DNA of 64,000 nucleotides from contig CAYVYK010000005.1 in NCBI GenBank assembly GCA_964455675.1, forward strand, positions 1-64,000. The letters run 5' to 3'. Under the pieces are notes generated by a model that saw only the letters and a program-made list of their open reading frames with translations, searched no databases and was not told the origin of the DNA. Numbering within the stretch: the stretch's first letter is position 1; each line of letters starts with the position of its first letter. Made by a program: the position numbers and the translations under genes. Below are positions 1-9,894 of the stretch, piece after piece. The DNA comes from an uncultured Methanosarcinales archaeon. GTDB taxonomy: Archaea > Nanobdellota > Nanobdellia > Woesearchaeales > CAYVYK01.

Positions 1-87
1 ACCGGCGTGTGTGGCGTTCGAACTCCTGCTCTCTTTTAAATGTTGTGGCGGATATTATTATAAATTCAGCGTGCTTTCCAGTGCCTC

Positions 88-1335
88 ATGTGGGGAGAGG
101 AAGCGGTAAGGAACCTTGTCTTGTATGCGAAAATGACTGATCCAAAGCACCCTGAGCCTTCTGACGCTCTCTCATGGTTCCAACGGTTGTTCTTGAAGTG
201 GTCCGGTCAATATGAATCGTATAATCGTGCGTTGCGTTATGCACAGGAACTGGAATATGAATCGAGGGAGTTGCAAAGAGAGCAGGAGGACGCGCAAGCC
301 AAGAAGGAGATCCTGACGTCGCGGCTGGACTCCTCGCAACGAAGAGTTGCCGATCTCGAAGCCTTGTGTGCTCAGCGTGATGAACAAATGGCGGCAATAA
401 ACGGACGGCTCGAATCAGTCACCCATGATCTTGAAGGTGCCGTTAGTGCTCGTAATGCGGCCGAAAGTGATCGTACAGCGCTGATTCATGCATCTGGTGA
501 GAATGCGCAAGCATTGAATGCTCTTGTTGACGCGTCAGTCGCCACATTCCATCGGTTGCCGATTGCTCCCTCGCCTCGGTATGTTTTTTTGCGCTGGGAG
601 AATGATTCGCTCCTTCTTTCAGGAGTATCTCCTGCAGTCGCGCAACATTATAATGCTGACGTCGCGCGTTCATGGCAGAACTTTTTCGGGCATGATTTTG
701 AGGCGGAGTATGCGCGCGATATGCTCTCAAAGGGAAGGTCAGAAGTGCTTTCCCACGCTGCGAGGCGTCCGCGGCACTGGCGTGCAGGCTGGGAAACAGA
801 TGTGCGGCTGCGCGCTGGCGGCTTTGTCCGTCGTCACTGCGAGGCTGATGTTATTGCTTTGCCCTATGCGGCAGCTCCCTTGGTGGTGACGCGGTTAACG
901 CTCTTTAAGTCAATTGATTATATTCCCTCAGCGAATGAATTGTCGAGTGTGAACTACCTGGTTTTCGATCCGAAAAACTCGGAGGCATTGAGCATGATTA
1001 TGCAGTACTTGACGAACTCTCTTGTGCAGCGAAAGCTAAAAGATGCGTACGATATGCGGGGCATGGCTTCTAATCCGGTGTCGATTACGGTGGGTAATCC
1101 GCTTCTTCCATATGTGATTGACCTGAAGTATGCCGCGTGCCTTCCTTCATCGAGGGAAACGCTCACCGGCTTGTCAGCCCTGCAGAAGCTTGCGCGCAAG
1201 AAAAAATTCTTGTACTTGCTCAATGTTCCTGTGGGAGTCGCATCAGAATATGATCTTCGTTCTGACAAGATGCCCGGGCGATCTACGTATCACGTGGATG
1301 AGGACAGTCATCCTCCTGATCCATCCCCGCTCTAA
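88..1335 (+). CDS. Hypothetical protein with N-terminal coiled coil
   Basis: 415-aa ORF; E/Q/A/L-rich heptad-like N-terminal third; TATA-like TTATAAA just upstream; no family recognised. Confidence 0.7.
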   Translation: MWGEEAVRNLVLYAKMTDPKHPEPSDALSWFQRLFLKWSGQYESYNRALRYAQELEYESRELQREQEDAQAKKEILTSRLDSSQRRVADLEALCAQRDEQMAAINGRLESVTHDLEGAVSARNAAESDRTALIHASGENAQALNALVDASVATFHRLPIAPSPRYVFLRWENDSLLLSGVSPAVAQHYNADVARSWQNFFGHDFEAEYARDMLSKGRSEVLSHAARRPRHWRAGWETDVRLRAGGFVRRHCEADVIALPYAAAPLVVTRLTLFKSIDYIPSANELSSVNYLVFDPKNSEALSMIMQYLTNSLVQRKLKDAYDMRGMASNPVSITVGNPLLPYVIDLKYAACLPSSRETLTGLSALQKLARKKKFLYLLNVPVGVASEYDLRSDKMPGRSTYHVDEDSHPPDPSPL

Positions 1336-1676
1336 ATCTTGTACGGTTCCTTCGGTTGTTCATAGGGTTGTTCTCGGGCTTCTTCCCCAAGGATCCATGC
1401 CGTGATCGCGCGTGTTTCATACTCATCATCGGTGTGGATGCTTTCATGGATATGCGTTTTGCGGTCCTGATAACCACCGACGTCAAGGTCTGCATTGATC
1501 CAGCACTCCGGTCGTCCAAGGTATGTGTATCCATACCATCCGGGAACAAGTTCGACGCGATGTTTTTGCTTCCACGGTACTGCGTTTAGTCGGTCGCTCA
1601 GCACCTCGTGTCGCTCGCGAGTATAGGTGTTATCTGGCGCTCCTGAAGTATACCTATGCTTTATGGAATATCCCAT
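1332..1676 (-). CDS. Small HExxH (zincin-like) hypothetical protein
   Basis: Start taken at MGYSIK (ATG 1676); HIHESIHTDDEYETR carries HExxH plus downstream E. Confidence 0.6.
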   Translation of the reverse strand: MGYSIKHRYTSGAPDNTYTRERHEVLSDRLNAVPWKQKHRVELVPGWYGYTYLGRPECWINADLDVGGYQDRKTHIHESIHTDDEYETRAITAWILGEEAREQPYEQPKEPYKI

Positions 1677-1782
1677 ACGAGTGTTGATCATGAGGCTGAA
1701 TAAATAGTTTATGTTCAAGTGAGACAAAAAAGTCATAGTCAAACGCAACTATTTTATTTCAAGCATGCATTGTGCTTCTGAA

Positions 1783-2082
1783 ATGGATGATATCTATGAA
1801 CTGCGCAAGCGCGCTCACCTGCTCGAGCCTGTTGTCAGGGTGGGAAAATCTGGGCTAACACCGACTGTTATCGCTGAGGTGCAGAAGCATCTTCGGCAAA
1901 AGCAGCTCATTAAGGTTCGTTTTCTTCGCTCAAGCATGGAAGTGCAGCATAAGAAGCAGCTCTTCGCTGCCTTGTCTGCAGCAAGTAAAGCAACGGTCGT
2001 GGATATCAAGGGATTTACCGTCACTCTCTTCCGTCCAAAGGACGAGGCTCCTCCGTCTGTTTTCCCGGGGGGCAACGTTTAA
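1783..2082 (+). CDS. yhbY: YhbY/CRM-domain RNA-binding protein
   Basis: LRKRAHLLEPVVRVGKSGLT...LIKVRF...GFTVTLFR, typical CRM domain. Confidence 0.9.
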   Translation: MDDIYELRKRAHLLEPVVRVGKSGLTPTVIAEVQKHLRQKQLIKVRFLRSSMEVQHKKQLFAALSAASKATVVDIKGFTVTLFRPKDEAPPSVFPGGNV

Positions 2083-2105
2083 ATAACCGTAGATCTAGGT
2101 ACCTG

Positions 2106-3731
2106 GTGGAGGATACGGTGATGGATAAGGAAGGGCTTTCGCAAGACCAGCTGCTATTCGCGTTCGGTTTCATCTCTGATGATGAAGCGAGAAAAGAGTA
2201 TGGTGGCAAGTCTAATGAGGAGCGTCTGCAACTTGTTAAGGAAGGTAAGGTTACGAAGGAACAGTGCCAGAAGTGGGCGAGCAATCATGAGATTGAGGAA
2301 GCGAAGAACCAGCTGATGAAGACTGGCTTTCCTGAGCCCGGATGGTTTCACTACATTGTGTATGAGTCGTATCAGGCTTCTCTTGAGGAGTCCTATTACT
2401 GGTTGTTGAACTATCTGCGCTACGACGCTGGTTTTCCTCAGGTGTTCAAGGTAACTGACGTCTTTGCGGCGAGCGAGCACTCTTCGTTTTTTGGTTCGTC
2501 CGAGCAGCGGGTCGGGATTCAGCAGGACCGCATCTCAAACTTTTTGGCGACAATAGGTAAGCTGACGAAGGAAGTGTTCCAGATCGTGCGCGAACTTCGC
2601 ATTCTTGATGAACGCTTGGATATGTATAAGGCAAGTAATGACGCGAATCGTAAGGACCGTGAGAGCGCCGAGATTTCCCTCAAAGGAACCTGGATAGACT
2701 TGGTTGAGGGTGGTACGAAGAACGCTGGATCGGTGTTTGGTCTTGCGCGCGAGCTGCAGTTCACAACCCTTCCAGACCTCTTTTTTGCGATACATCCTCC
2801 AAAGCCCGAGGACGTTGATGAGTATGTTGACAAGCAGGATGAGTTTAATCGCAAAGTTCGTGAGGTTTTGAAGCGTAAGCTTCGCTCCTACTTGCATTGG
2901 AAGGAGCGCACCTTGCAGGAGATTTCCTGGCGGCGTAACTTCACATTGAAGTATCTGCGTCAGCACTACCTCGTTATCCGTCTCTACATGCAGTGGGTGC
3001 GCCCGTATATGAGGCACCTAAAGAGGTTAAATTCGAATCTCGAGCGCATGGACCGTGCTGATCTTGTCTCCGCGTTTGAGAGCAGCATGATGGAAGTTGA
3101 GATGCTCGCGCGTCAAATGCCAAAGAACAACAAGGAAGTGTACGCGGTCGAGATTATCAATATGCGTTTCCGCACCCGTCCGAGCATGAGCTATGTGCAG
3201 GAAGGAGGGGGCTATCAGCGCGGCCCCATCCATGTTGGTGAAGTTCGTATCCAGTATCGCACGTATGCGTGGGATGAGAAAGAAATCACGAACTACTTGA
3301 AGATGCGGGAGATAGAGGATTGGGAGCTCATGCTTGGTATTGATGAGACAATCTTGCAGTCCATGACCGAGCTTGGCGGTGACCTGCGTAAATACCTTGA
3401 GGAAGCAGGTGAAGTGTTTGAGAATAAGGTAAAAGCCGAGACTCCGCGAAAGCCCGAGGGCATGCTATCTCCCTTCACGGGGGTCCTGAAAGGTTTTGGT
3501 GAAATCTTTACCGCATTTGGCGGTAATGAAAAGAAGGAAGAGAAAAAGGAAGGAGCAAAGGATGAAACTCTCATGGGGCGTATGATGTCATCTGTTTCAA
3601 AGGAGAGCAAATCAAAGATGAACAAGTACGCAAAGGACCAGGAGCGCGGTCGAGCAAAGGAGCAGGCGATGTTCATGGCCTGGCTTTCCTACAAGAATTA
3701 CAAGGCCGGTCATCGCATGCTGACATGGTAA
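2106..3731 (+). CDS. Hypothetical protein (541 aa)
   Basis: Long ORF with host-like codon usage; no catalytic motif recognised. Confidence 0.8.
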   Translation: MEDTVMDKEGLSQDQLLFAFGFISDDEARKEYGGKSNEERLQLVKEGKVTKEQCQKWASNHEIEEAKNQLMKTGFPEPGWFHYIVYESYQASLEESYYWLLNYLRYDAGFPQVFKVTDVFAASEHSSFFGSSEQRVGIQQDRISNFLATIGKLTKEVFQIVRELRILDERLDMYKASNDANRKDRESAEISLKGTWIDLVEGGTKNAGSVFGLARELQFTTLPDLFFAIHPPKPEDVDEYVDKQDEFNRKVREVLKRKLRSYLHWKERTLQEISWRRNFTLKYLRQHYLVIRLYMQWVRPYMRHLKRLNSNLERMDRADLVSAFESSMMEVEMLARQMPKNNKEVYAVEIINMRFRTRPSMSYVQEGGGYQRGPIHVGEVRIQYRTYAWDEKEITNYLKMREIEDWELMLGIDETILQSMTELGGDLRKYLEEAGEVFENKVKAETPRKPEGMLSPFTGVLKGFGEIFTAFGGNEKKEEKKEGAKDETLMGRMMSSVSKESKSKMNKYAKDQERGRAKEQAMFMAWLSYKNYKAGHRMLTW

Positions 3732-4240
3732 AGAAAAAAATTCGAAAAGTTCTGGAAATACCCGACGAAAAGAAGTACGACGTCCATATCCCAAAGTCTC
3801 TCCCGAAATCTATTGTTAGTGTGAAGTATATTCCACAGGAGAAGAAGACTCCAAAGGTTGAACCAACAAAGCTGGAAAAGCTCTCCGAGCCAGTGTCCGT
3901 CGAGGAGCCCGATCGCTCTGGTCGTCCGCTTGAGGATACTGTTGCCGCGGAGCCCGGGCCGCATGTTTCAGAGGCGGAAGTGAGGGCGTATGAATCCCAT
4001 CTTGCTGCAAAACCCATGCCCGAGCTTTACAACAGGATTCGAAATCTCTACGAGGACATCAAGGAGTCCGGCACGATGGACGCGGATCAGTCCGACCAAC
4101 TTTACCACTTGCGGAATGCGATCCAGCAGAAGGAAAAGGATATCGAACGCGGAAGATACGCAGCTTCGCAGGCGGTGGCTAAGCAGTTGAGTCTCGCGGA
4201 AAAGATTGTTGATGACCTTCTTGGTTCCTATCGTCGATAA
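3725..4240 (+). CDS. Hypothetical protein
   Basis: 171-aa ORF overlapping the upstream stop (translational coupling). Confidence 0.7.
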   Translation: MVKKKIRKVLEIPDEKKYDVHIPKSLPKSIVSVKYIPQEKKTPKVEPTKLEKLSEPVSVEEPDRSGRPLEDTVAAEPGPHVSEAEVRAYESHLAAKPMPELYNRIRNLYEDIKESGTMDADQSDQLYHLRNAIQQKEKDIERGRYAASQAVAKQLSLAEKIVDDLLGSYRR

Positions 4241-4296
4241 TATTCCAGCTGTTTCCTGCTCTCTTGTTGCATCAGTGGTATTTTTTGTTTATTTGA

Positions 4297-4497
4297 GGTT
4301 AACACTGGCAATAAGCGATTTCTTCAGAGCTGGGCGAAGCCTCGGTAACCAAAAGCTGCGACCATCGAAGAAACCTAGATGAGAGGGCAGTGCAAGGAGC
4401 GAACCGCTTAAAATATGGTAAACACCCTGAACGCAGTGATCGCACTGCATGGCTCCTCGAAAAAAGAAGCGTATCTTTCATATACTACCTGTTAGAT
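4297..4497 (+). repeat. attC-like element A
   Basis: Starts GGTTAACACTGGCAATA and ends TACTACCTGTTAGAT (GTTRRRY); imperfectly complementary ends; internal hairpins. Confidence 0.55.
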
Positions 4498-4601
4498 TCT
4501 TTTTTACGAAGTAAAAACTTCGAGCGAAGCGAGAAAGTATGACGGAAGAAAAAATTGGGTGTAGAAGACAATTTATATATTTATTATAATAAAGTTCTCT
4601 G

Positions 4602-4847
4602 ATGAAAAAATTATTCACAATTTTTCTGGTTATTTTAGTGATTTTAATAGCTGGCTGTAACTCAAAATGTGGTCCGAACCAATATGAAGGTTGCGACAGG
4701 TCTTGTAAGACAGATATGGATTGTAAAGTAGATATATGTGCTGGCTGTGTGAACGTAGGTGTAAATATGGATTATTCGCACGGACCAATTGATTGTATAT
4801 CTCCCCTATCATGTAAATGTGTTAATAATAAATGTTCACCAGGATAG
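4602..4847 (+). CDS. Small Cys-rich lipoprotein (cassette 1)
   Basis: MKKLF + hydrophobic stretch + IAGC lipobox; many further Cys; TATA TTTATATA at 4572-4579. Confidence 0.75.
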   Translation: MKKLFTIFLVILVILIAGCNSKCGPNQYEGCDRSCKTDMDCKVDICAGCVNVGVNMDYSHGPIDCISPLSCKCVNNKCSPG

Positions 4848-4860
4848 CCCAATTTTTTCT

Positions 4861-5010
4861 AAGTAACATCGGAATTTAACGAAGCTGAATTTCCCACGAG
4901 TCTCGGCAACCCCCAAGAATCGTGCTGGAAATTCAATTGGGTAGAGCAGGGGAAATCGCTTGGCGATTTGGGCGACAACGACCCTGCGAACCGTTAAATT
5001 CCTGTTAATA
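4861..5010 (+). repeat. attC-like element B (copy 1 of 142-bp repeat)
   Basis: TAACATCGGAATTTAACG...CGTTAAATTCCTGTTA terminal inverted repeat with a bulge; 4867-5008 matches 9901-10042 with 3 differences. Confidence 0.8.
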
Positions 5011-5183
5011 TTCGTCTGACCAAAGGGAAGACCTGATTTTTAGTGCAACGATGCAAAAGGCAAAAAATCAGAGTCGTCGTGTGTACCATATAGTCGTGGG
5101 GGTTGCCGAAGTTCCGTAATAATCATCCAATAGTGACAACAAAAGAGAAAGCTTTAAATAGCTGCTCTTTCTATCTTTAATCT

Positions 5184-5270
5184 ATGGTTGCAGAATCAAA
5201 GATTCAAACTTTGGAAGTTAAGAAGGATTTTGCTAGTTCTAACTCGATATGTTCTCATCATCATCTGTAA
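5184..5270 (+). CDS. 28-aa peptide MVAESKIQTLEVKKDFASSNSICSHHHL (leader or precursor peptide candidate)
   Basis: ATG about 24 nt after TATA TTTAAATA (5153-5160), consistent with a leaderless transcript; followed by hairpin AATCTGG/CCAGATT. Confidence 0.5.
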   Translation: MVAESKIQTLEVKKDFASSNSICSHHHL

Positions 5271-5407
5271 ATCTGGCTTATTTTCCAGATTGTGAATTAC
5301 TTTCAGTTTAGTCATAATTCTGGTTTCTAAGTTCAGATCATCATTGTTTCAGATTAATTTATTTTCTAAAAAATGGCTGACATCCAAAACTGTCGGAGGA
5401 AAAGAAA

Positions 5408-5479
5408 ATGGAAAAACAAACAAGTACCAAACAACTAGAGGCTAAGGCGCAAGAAAGCGCTGGTTGTATTCATTGCTAA
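5408..5479 (+). CDS. 23-aa peptide MEKQTSTKQLEAKAQESAGCIHC (precursor peptide candidate)
   Basis: GGAGGA Shine-Dalgarno directly upstream; ends in CxxC; precedes the ATP-grasp-like gene. Confidence 0.5.
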   Translation: MEKQTSTKQLEAKAQESAGCIHC

Positions 5480-5555
5480 TAGTGATAACTCTTTTCAAGT
5501 ATTATCTACTATAGCAAGACTAAGCGGTGGAACCTATGATGAGCTACCAGATATT

Positions 5556-6851
5556 GTGTCAGACTGGCGAAGATTCAGAGGGCCATTTTATAGACTGAAT
5601 GATCCACTAAGTTCTAAAGAAGAGACCTCAATTGCAGAAAGATACCTGAGTCAGATGTTACTTTGTGGAAAACCTGATTCAATAGATCTAAGGAGATGGT
5701 TTATTAAGTGTTTAAGTAATGACCAAACCGCATTTACTGGATTTACTTCTTTAGTTGACGTTGTTGAGTCCGAAGCATTAGGATATGATGGCACTATCAG
5801 ATTGTTACCCTCTGCGTCTTTTGTTGAACCATTTGCTGTTGAAAGATTGGACATTGCTGGACGTGAAAAACTGTTCGGGATTAAAGAAAGATTGGACAAA
5901 CTAGACTCAACTAAGATAGAAGAAGTGAACGTGTTGGTGGAAGAGGCGGAAAGACTTTGTCCCATTGATGGGGGTAGAAAAAAAGGGAAAAGCCCGATCT
6001 TTTTTTATGGTGTGTCTGATAAACCATTCCAACTGCCCAAATCAGTGTATCAGAGGTTAGAAGAAGCCGCAAAAACCGCCTACGTCGCATTATGCTTGGC
6101 TACAGGAGATAATGGTAGAAATATCTTCACAGGTTCTGTTGATTTCATGCTTTGTGATAACGATATTTATCTTATTGATATAGGGACTCCTGCGGTGGGT
6201 TATGTTGCCGATATACTCGCAACTAGCCAAGCATTAGGAAGAAAACCTTCTGTGGGAATAGAAAAGATTGTTTCAACACTCAACGGAAAGGTTACAATTC
6301 CTCAAAGTACTCTATCAAGAGAATTAGGATTCTTTAAACAAGAGAAAGAATATTTAGTTTCTGAACTTAGAAAGAACGGTATTCTTGTTGAAGAAGTATA
6401 TGACGAAGTAAATGAGGCTATAGTTGATGGAAAATCATTGCCGAAAAGAGAATTTGACTACCTAAGCAGAAATCAACCTCTAAGAAATAGGATTCTTACG
6501 GGCGTAAACGGAAATTTGTCTGCATATGGTGTCAAAATACCCAAAGGAGCCATACTGCAACCTGATGATTTTGTATTGGCGAGATTTTATGAAACTTCCA
6601 GACTTGGAGAAGAAGATTATGGACTATTAATAAAGAAAAAGGTATTCTTCAAAGAATATGAAACTGGGAGTGGATATTTCAAACCATTGGTAACTCCAAT
6701 CTGGGGAAGAGAGATAATGGCAGACAATAAAAGGAGTAATCTTTTTGAGCAATTTGTACCTAGCCTCTTAGACATTGATGTGAAAGGAGACAGAAGAGGA
6801 AAGCGATGCTATGAAATCAGGATGTATTTTGTTGGGGGTGAAATCAAATGA
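5556..6851 (+). CDS. Circularly permuted ATP-grasp / glutathione-synthetase-like peptide ligase (putative)
   Basis: SVDFML..IYLIDIGTP and FEQFVP..YEIRMYFVGG resemble ATP-grasp motifs in permuted order; frame is open from 5439 so the start is uncertain. Confidence 0.55.
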   Translation: MSDWRRFRGPFYRLNDPLSSKEETSIAERYLSQMLLCGKPDSIDLRRWFIKCLSNDQTAFTGFTSLVDVVESEALGYDGTIRLLPSASFVEPFAVERLDIAGREKLFGIKERLDKLDSTKIEEVNVLVEEAERLCPIDGGRKKGKSPIFFYGVSDKPFQLPKSVYQRLEEAAKTAYVALCLATGDNGRNIFTGSVDFMLCDNDIYLIDIGTPAVGYVADILATSQALGRKPSVGIEKIVSTLNGKVTIPQSTLSRELGFFKQEKEYLVSELRKNGILVEEVYDEVNEAIVDGKSLPKREFDYLSRNQPLRNRILTGVNGNLSAYGVKIPKGAILQPDDFVLARFYETSRLGEEDYGLLIKKKVFFKEYETGSGYFKPLVTPIWGREIMADNKRSNLFEQFVPSLLDIDVKGDRRGKRCYEIRMYFVGGEIK

Positions 6852-7381
6852 TAAAAGGAATTATTTTTGATTTTAACAGAACGCTGTACATTCCAGAGCT
6901 TCAACAAATACCGGAAGAGACTATTGAATTGCTCAAGAATCTTAGAAAGTCTGGCCTTTCTTTGGCTTTGATCAGCATTAAGGAAGCTCACAGAGATACT
7001 TTAATCGAATCATATGATCTTTCTTCTATTTTTTCTGTTACTAAAATTGTGAGAGAGAAGGATACCAACATTTTCAAAGAAACACTTAGTCTTCTTGGAT
7101 GTCAGCCCAATGAGATTATTGTTGTGGGAGACAGAATAAAATCAGAGATAAAGCTTGCTAATCAGTTGGGAATCAAGACGATTTGGTATAAAAAGGGTAA
7201 GTTTAGCAATGAATTACCTACTGAAAAAATTGAGTTTCCAACTTGGACAATTAGTGATATATCAAAAGTGGAAGAAATAATCAAAGACGTAAACACTAGC
7301 AAATCTTTAGTAGACAGAGCAATCCAATCGAATCCAGAAATCTTTGATTTTGGACTATCTGTCTCGAAGGGACCAAGGTAG
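6848..7381 (+). CDS. HAD-superfamily hydrolase
   Basis: IIFDFNRTLY motif I; VVGDRIKSEI motif IV; overlaps the upstream stop (ATGA). Confidence 0.85.
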   Translation: MIKGIIFDFNRTLYIPELQQIPEETIELLKNLRKSGLSLALISIKEAHRDTLIESYDLSSIFSVTKIVREKDTNIFKETLSLLGCQPNEIIVVGDRIKSEIKLANQLGIKTIWYKKGKFSNELPTEKIEFPTWTISDISKVEEIIKDVNTSKSLVDRAIQSNPEIFDFGLSVSKGPR

Positions 7382-7416
7382 CAACCCCGTTATTATTTTA
7401 CACGACGATTGAGCAT

Positions 7417-7430
7417 AATTCCTGTTATGC
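7417..7430 (+). repeat. Right arm of attC-like element C
   Basis: AATTCCTGTTATGC; AATTCCTGTTA is identical to the B and D right arms; left arm degenerate (possibly AAACACTAGCAA near 7291). Confidence 0.5.
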
Positions 7431-7608
7431 GCCCCGACGAGCAAAGCGAGGAGAACGCAGTGGGGTCGAGCATTAATTCCGTAGGAAAAAAGCGGAGAAG
7501 TTAAATTTAATTTTCATGTCAATTCTGCGAGGCAGAAAACATCTTAGGGGAATTCTCTCTCAATCTCGAAGAGCCATCAAGATAAACGTTTAGACCAACA
7601 CTTTCTCA

Positions 7609-8568
7609 TTATGGCATGAATAAAAATTTATGTTCTTTATACCATAATAGATGGTGATATTTTTTTATGGACTTCCCAAAAAGGTTTCTAATTTCGTCCA
7701 AGACTTTCCTAAATTCCTCATAACTTTGGACTTCCATCTCGACTTCTAGGTCGTTTTCGCTTATTGTTTCATAAGCATAGATTATATTTGGATGTTGATG
7801 AAGAAAACTCAACATACTTTTTTTTATGTTTAAATCATCTAATTGTATCTCGATTTTATACCAATAATATCCTATTGTTTCTAAGTCAAGAATTACACGG
7901 AAATCAACTATTATTCCGTTTTCTATCATCTTTTTGATTCTATAATTAACGTTGGTAATGCTGATTCCTGTTTTTTCAGAAATTGAAACTGATGTCATCC
8001 TAGCATTAGGGGTAATCAATCTTAAAATCTGGATATCTTTATCATCAAACTCCACTTTTTCAGGAAAAAACATAACTTTAATTTTTTCATCTCCTCTTTT
8101 CTTATCAGAAAGATATGTTCTTTTGTATATATAGAATTTTGAGTATATGGCAATGTTCAAATCAAAGACGAATTTTCCAAATCTTTTTATTAAATCCTCT
8201 TTAATATCAAAAAACTCATATGTATTCTTGACCCAACATGCAAGACCTAAATCTCTAAATCCATCTATACTATTAACCCACCAGAATTGAGGGTGCTTTT
8301 TATAATATTCAATTACTTGATTTTCTTCTTCGGGTGAATCTTTTTGAAATTTAATAAAAAATCTGCAATTCAGATAACCTAACTTACTTACATCTATAAG
8401 CGTTTGATATCCTCTGATTATGCCTCTTTTTTCAAGCTGTTTTATTCTATATTGGACAACTTCTCTGCTTAGTTTTACTTTTTTGCCTATTTGTTTATAG
8501 CTTTGCCTACTATCTGAATCCAGTTGATAAAGAATCTGCCTGTCTTTCTTATCCAGTTTGTAGACCAT
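7609..8568 (-). CDS. Tandem (double) Lrp/AsnC-family transcriptional regulator
   Basis: Two HTH-RAM units: LDKKDRQILYQLDSDSRQSY..IGKKV and DDKDIQILRLITPNARMT; divergent from the radical SAM gene. Confidence 0.9.
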   Translation of the reverse strand: MVYKLDKKDRQILYQLDSDSRQSYKQIGKKVKLSREVVQYRIKQLEKRGIIRGYQTLIDVSKLGYLNCRFFIKFQKDSPEEENQVIEYYKKHPQFWWVNSIDGFRDLGLACWVKNTYEFFDIKEDLIKRFGKFVFDLNIAIYSKFYIYKRTYLSDKKRGDEKIKVMFFPEKVEFDDKDIQILRLITPNARMTSVSISEKTGISITNVNYRIKKMIENGIIVDFRVILDLETIGYYWYKIEIQLDDLNIKKSMLSFLHQHPNIIYAYETISENDLEVEMEVQSYEEFRKVLDEIRNLFGKSIKKYHHLLWYKEHKFLFMP

Positions 8569-8677
8569 AAATTAACTATATTGTCCATATTTATAAGTAT
8601 TATGGTTAAAGTGTAAAAATTATGATAAAAACTTTTATTAACATAGTCCTGTTAGTTTTCACTAAGGAGTTAATAAA

Positions 8678-9844
8678 ATGGAAAAAACAACCCTAGAAAT
8701 ACCAAAAAAATTTCAAAATGGTTTTCCTAGAGATTATCAGAACACTTTGCCTAATTGGGGATTTTTTTCAAGAGAAGATTTTGAAGCTAATCGAGGAAAG
8801 CTTTTGCTTTTAGATATAGACTTAGATCGGTACTGCTCCTTGCATTGTCCTGATTGTTTTAGGCAAGACAGTGCAGTAGATGATGCGGAGGATAAGAGAG
8901 ATTTAAGTTTTGGGGAATTGATTAAAATCATTGAGGACGGGAAAAAACTCGGGTTAAAATATGTTAAGATTTGTGGTGTTGGCGAACCAACGGAAAGCAG
9001 GAAATTCTTGCCGTTTGTTGAAATAATGACTAATATGAGTATAGGTACCGCAGTCTTTACAAAAGGGCAAGGATTAGGTAATGATGATGTTGCAAAAAGA
9101 TATCATGGGCGATATGGAATAAACACCGCTCAGGAATTAGCAGAGAGAATGTATCAACTGGATGTTAGTTTCATGTTGGGTTTTCATTCTTTTGATCCTG
9201 CAATTCAAGATCATGTTGTCAGAACACCAAACTATGCACAAATAAGAAATACTGCTTTAGAAAATTTAGTCAATGCTGGATTTAATAATTCGAATCCTAC
9301 ACGACTAGCTTTTTGTAATGCACCAGTTAGGAGCTCAACAGCAGATGATGCTTTCCCAATTTATATTTGGGCAAGAGAAAGGAATATTTATCCTGTAACA
9401 GCAGTATTAATGACGAGCGGGAAACAAATAGACCCTGAATTTCTAAAACAAAATGATTTAACACATGAACAAAAAGTTGAACTATGGACAAATATCTATT
9501 CATGGAATATTGAACATGGTTTTCAAAAATTAGACGAAATCGAAGCAGATGGAATTTCGTGTTTGCCTGGAGGTCATCCGTGTAATCAATTAAGAGCCGG
9601 ATTATACATAACTATGAAAGGCAATGTTGTAGGTTGTCCTGGTTACATTGAAAGCCAAGGAAATGTAAGGAAACAGAGTCTTGCAGAAATTTGGGAGCAA
9701 AGCAAAACAAGGCAAATTGCTGGAGATAGATTTAATACTGGCTGTCCTCCAAAAGAAGGCATAACAATTCCAACGACGCTTTATGCAGAAGTTTTATCCA
9801 ATTTGCAGAGCAAGTATCGTTCAAGAGAACGTGGGGCTCAATAA
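8678..9844 (+). CDS. Radical SAM enzyme with SPASM/twitch-like C-terminus
   Basis: CSLHCPDC (CxxxCxxC), GVGEPT, then C..GNVVGCP..GNVRKQSLAEIW..C; GGAG RBS. Confidence 0.9.
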   Translation: MEKTTLEIPKKFQNGFPRDYQNTLPNWGFFSREDFEANRGKLLLLDIDLDRYCSLHCPDCFRQDSAVDDAEDKRDLSFGELIKIIEDGKKLGLKYVKICGVGEPTESRKFLPFVEIMTNMSIGTAVFTKGQGLGNDDVAKRYHGRYGINTAQELAERMYQLDVSFMLGFHSFDPAIQDHVVRTPNYAQIRNTALENLVNAGFNNSNPTRLAFCNAPVRSSTADDAFPIYIWARERNIYPVTAVLMTSGKQIDPEFLKQNDLTHEQKVELWTNIYSWNIEHGFQKLDEIEADGISCLPGGHPCNQLRAGLYITMKGNVVGCPGYIESQGNVRKQSLAEIWEQSKTRQIAGDRFNTGCPPKEGITIPTTLYAEVLSNLQSKYRSRERGAQ

Positions 9845-9894
9845 AAAAATAAGAGAGAATTCCCGTTTTGTTCTAGAAAATTGAATTTAATTGC

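Noticed and set aside
1..40. GTTCGAA near the window start suggesting a tRNA 3' end
   Set aside because: No T-stem or acceptor pairing around it; context truncated
4299..4481. Short ORFs over junction elements (also 10285-10512)
   Set aside because: They lie on palindromic non-coding elements and lack RBS or coding signal
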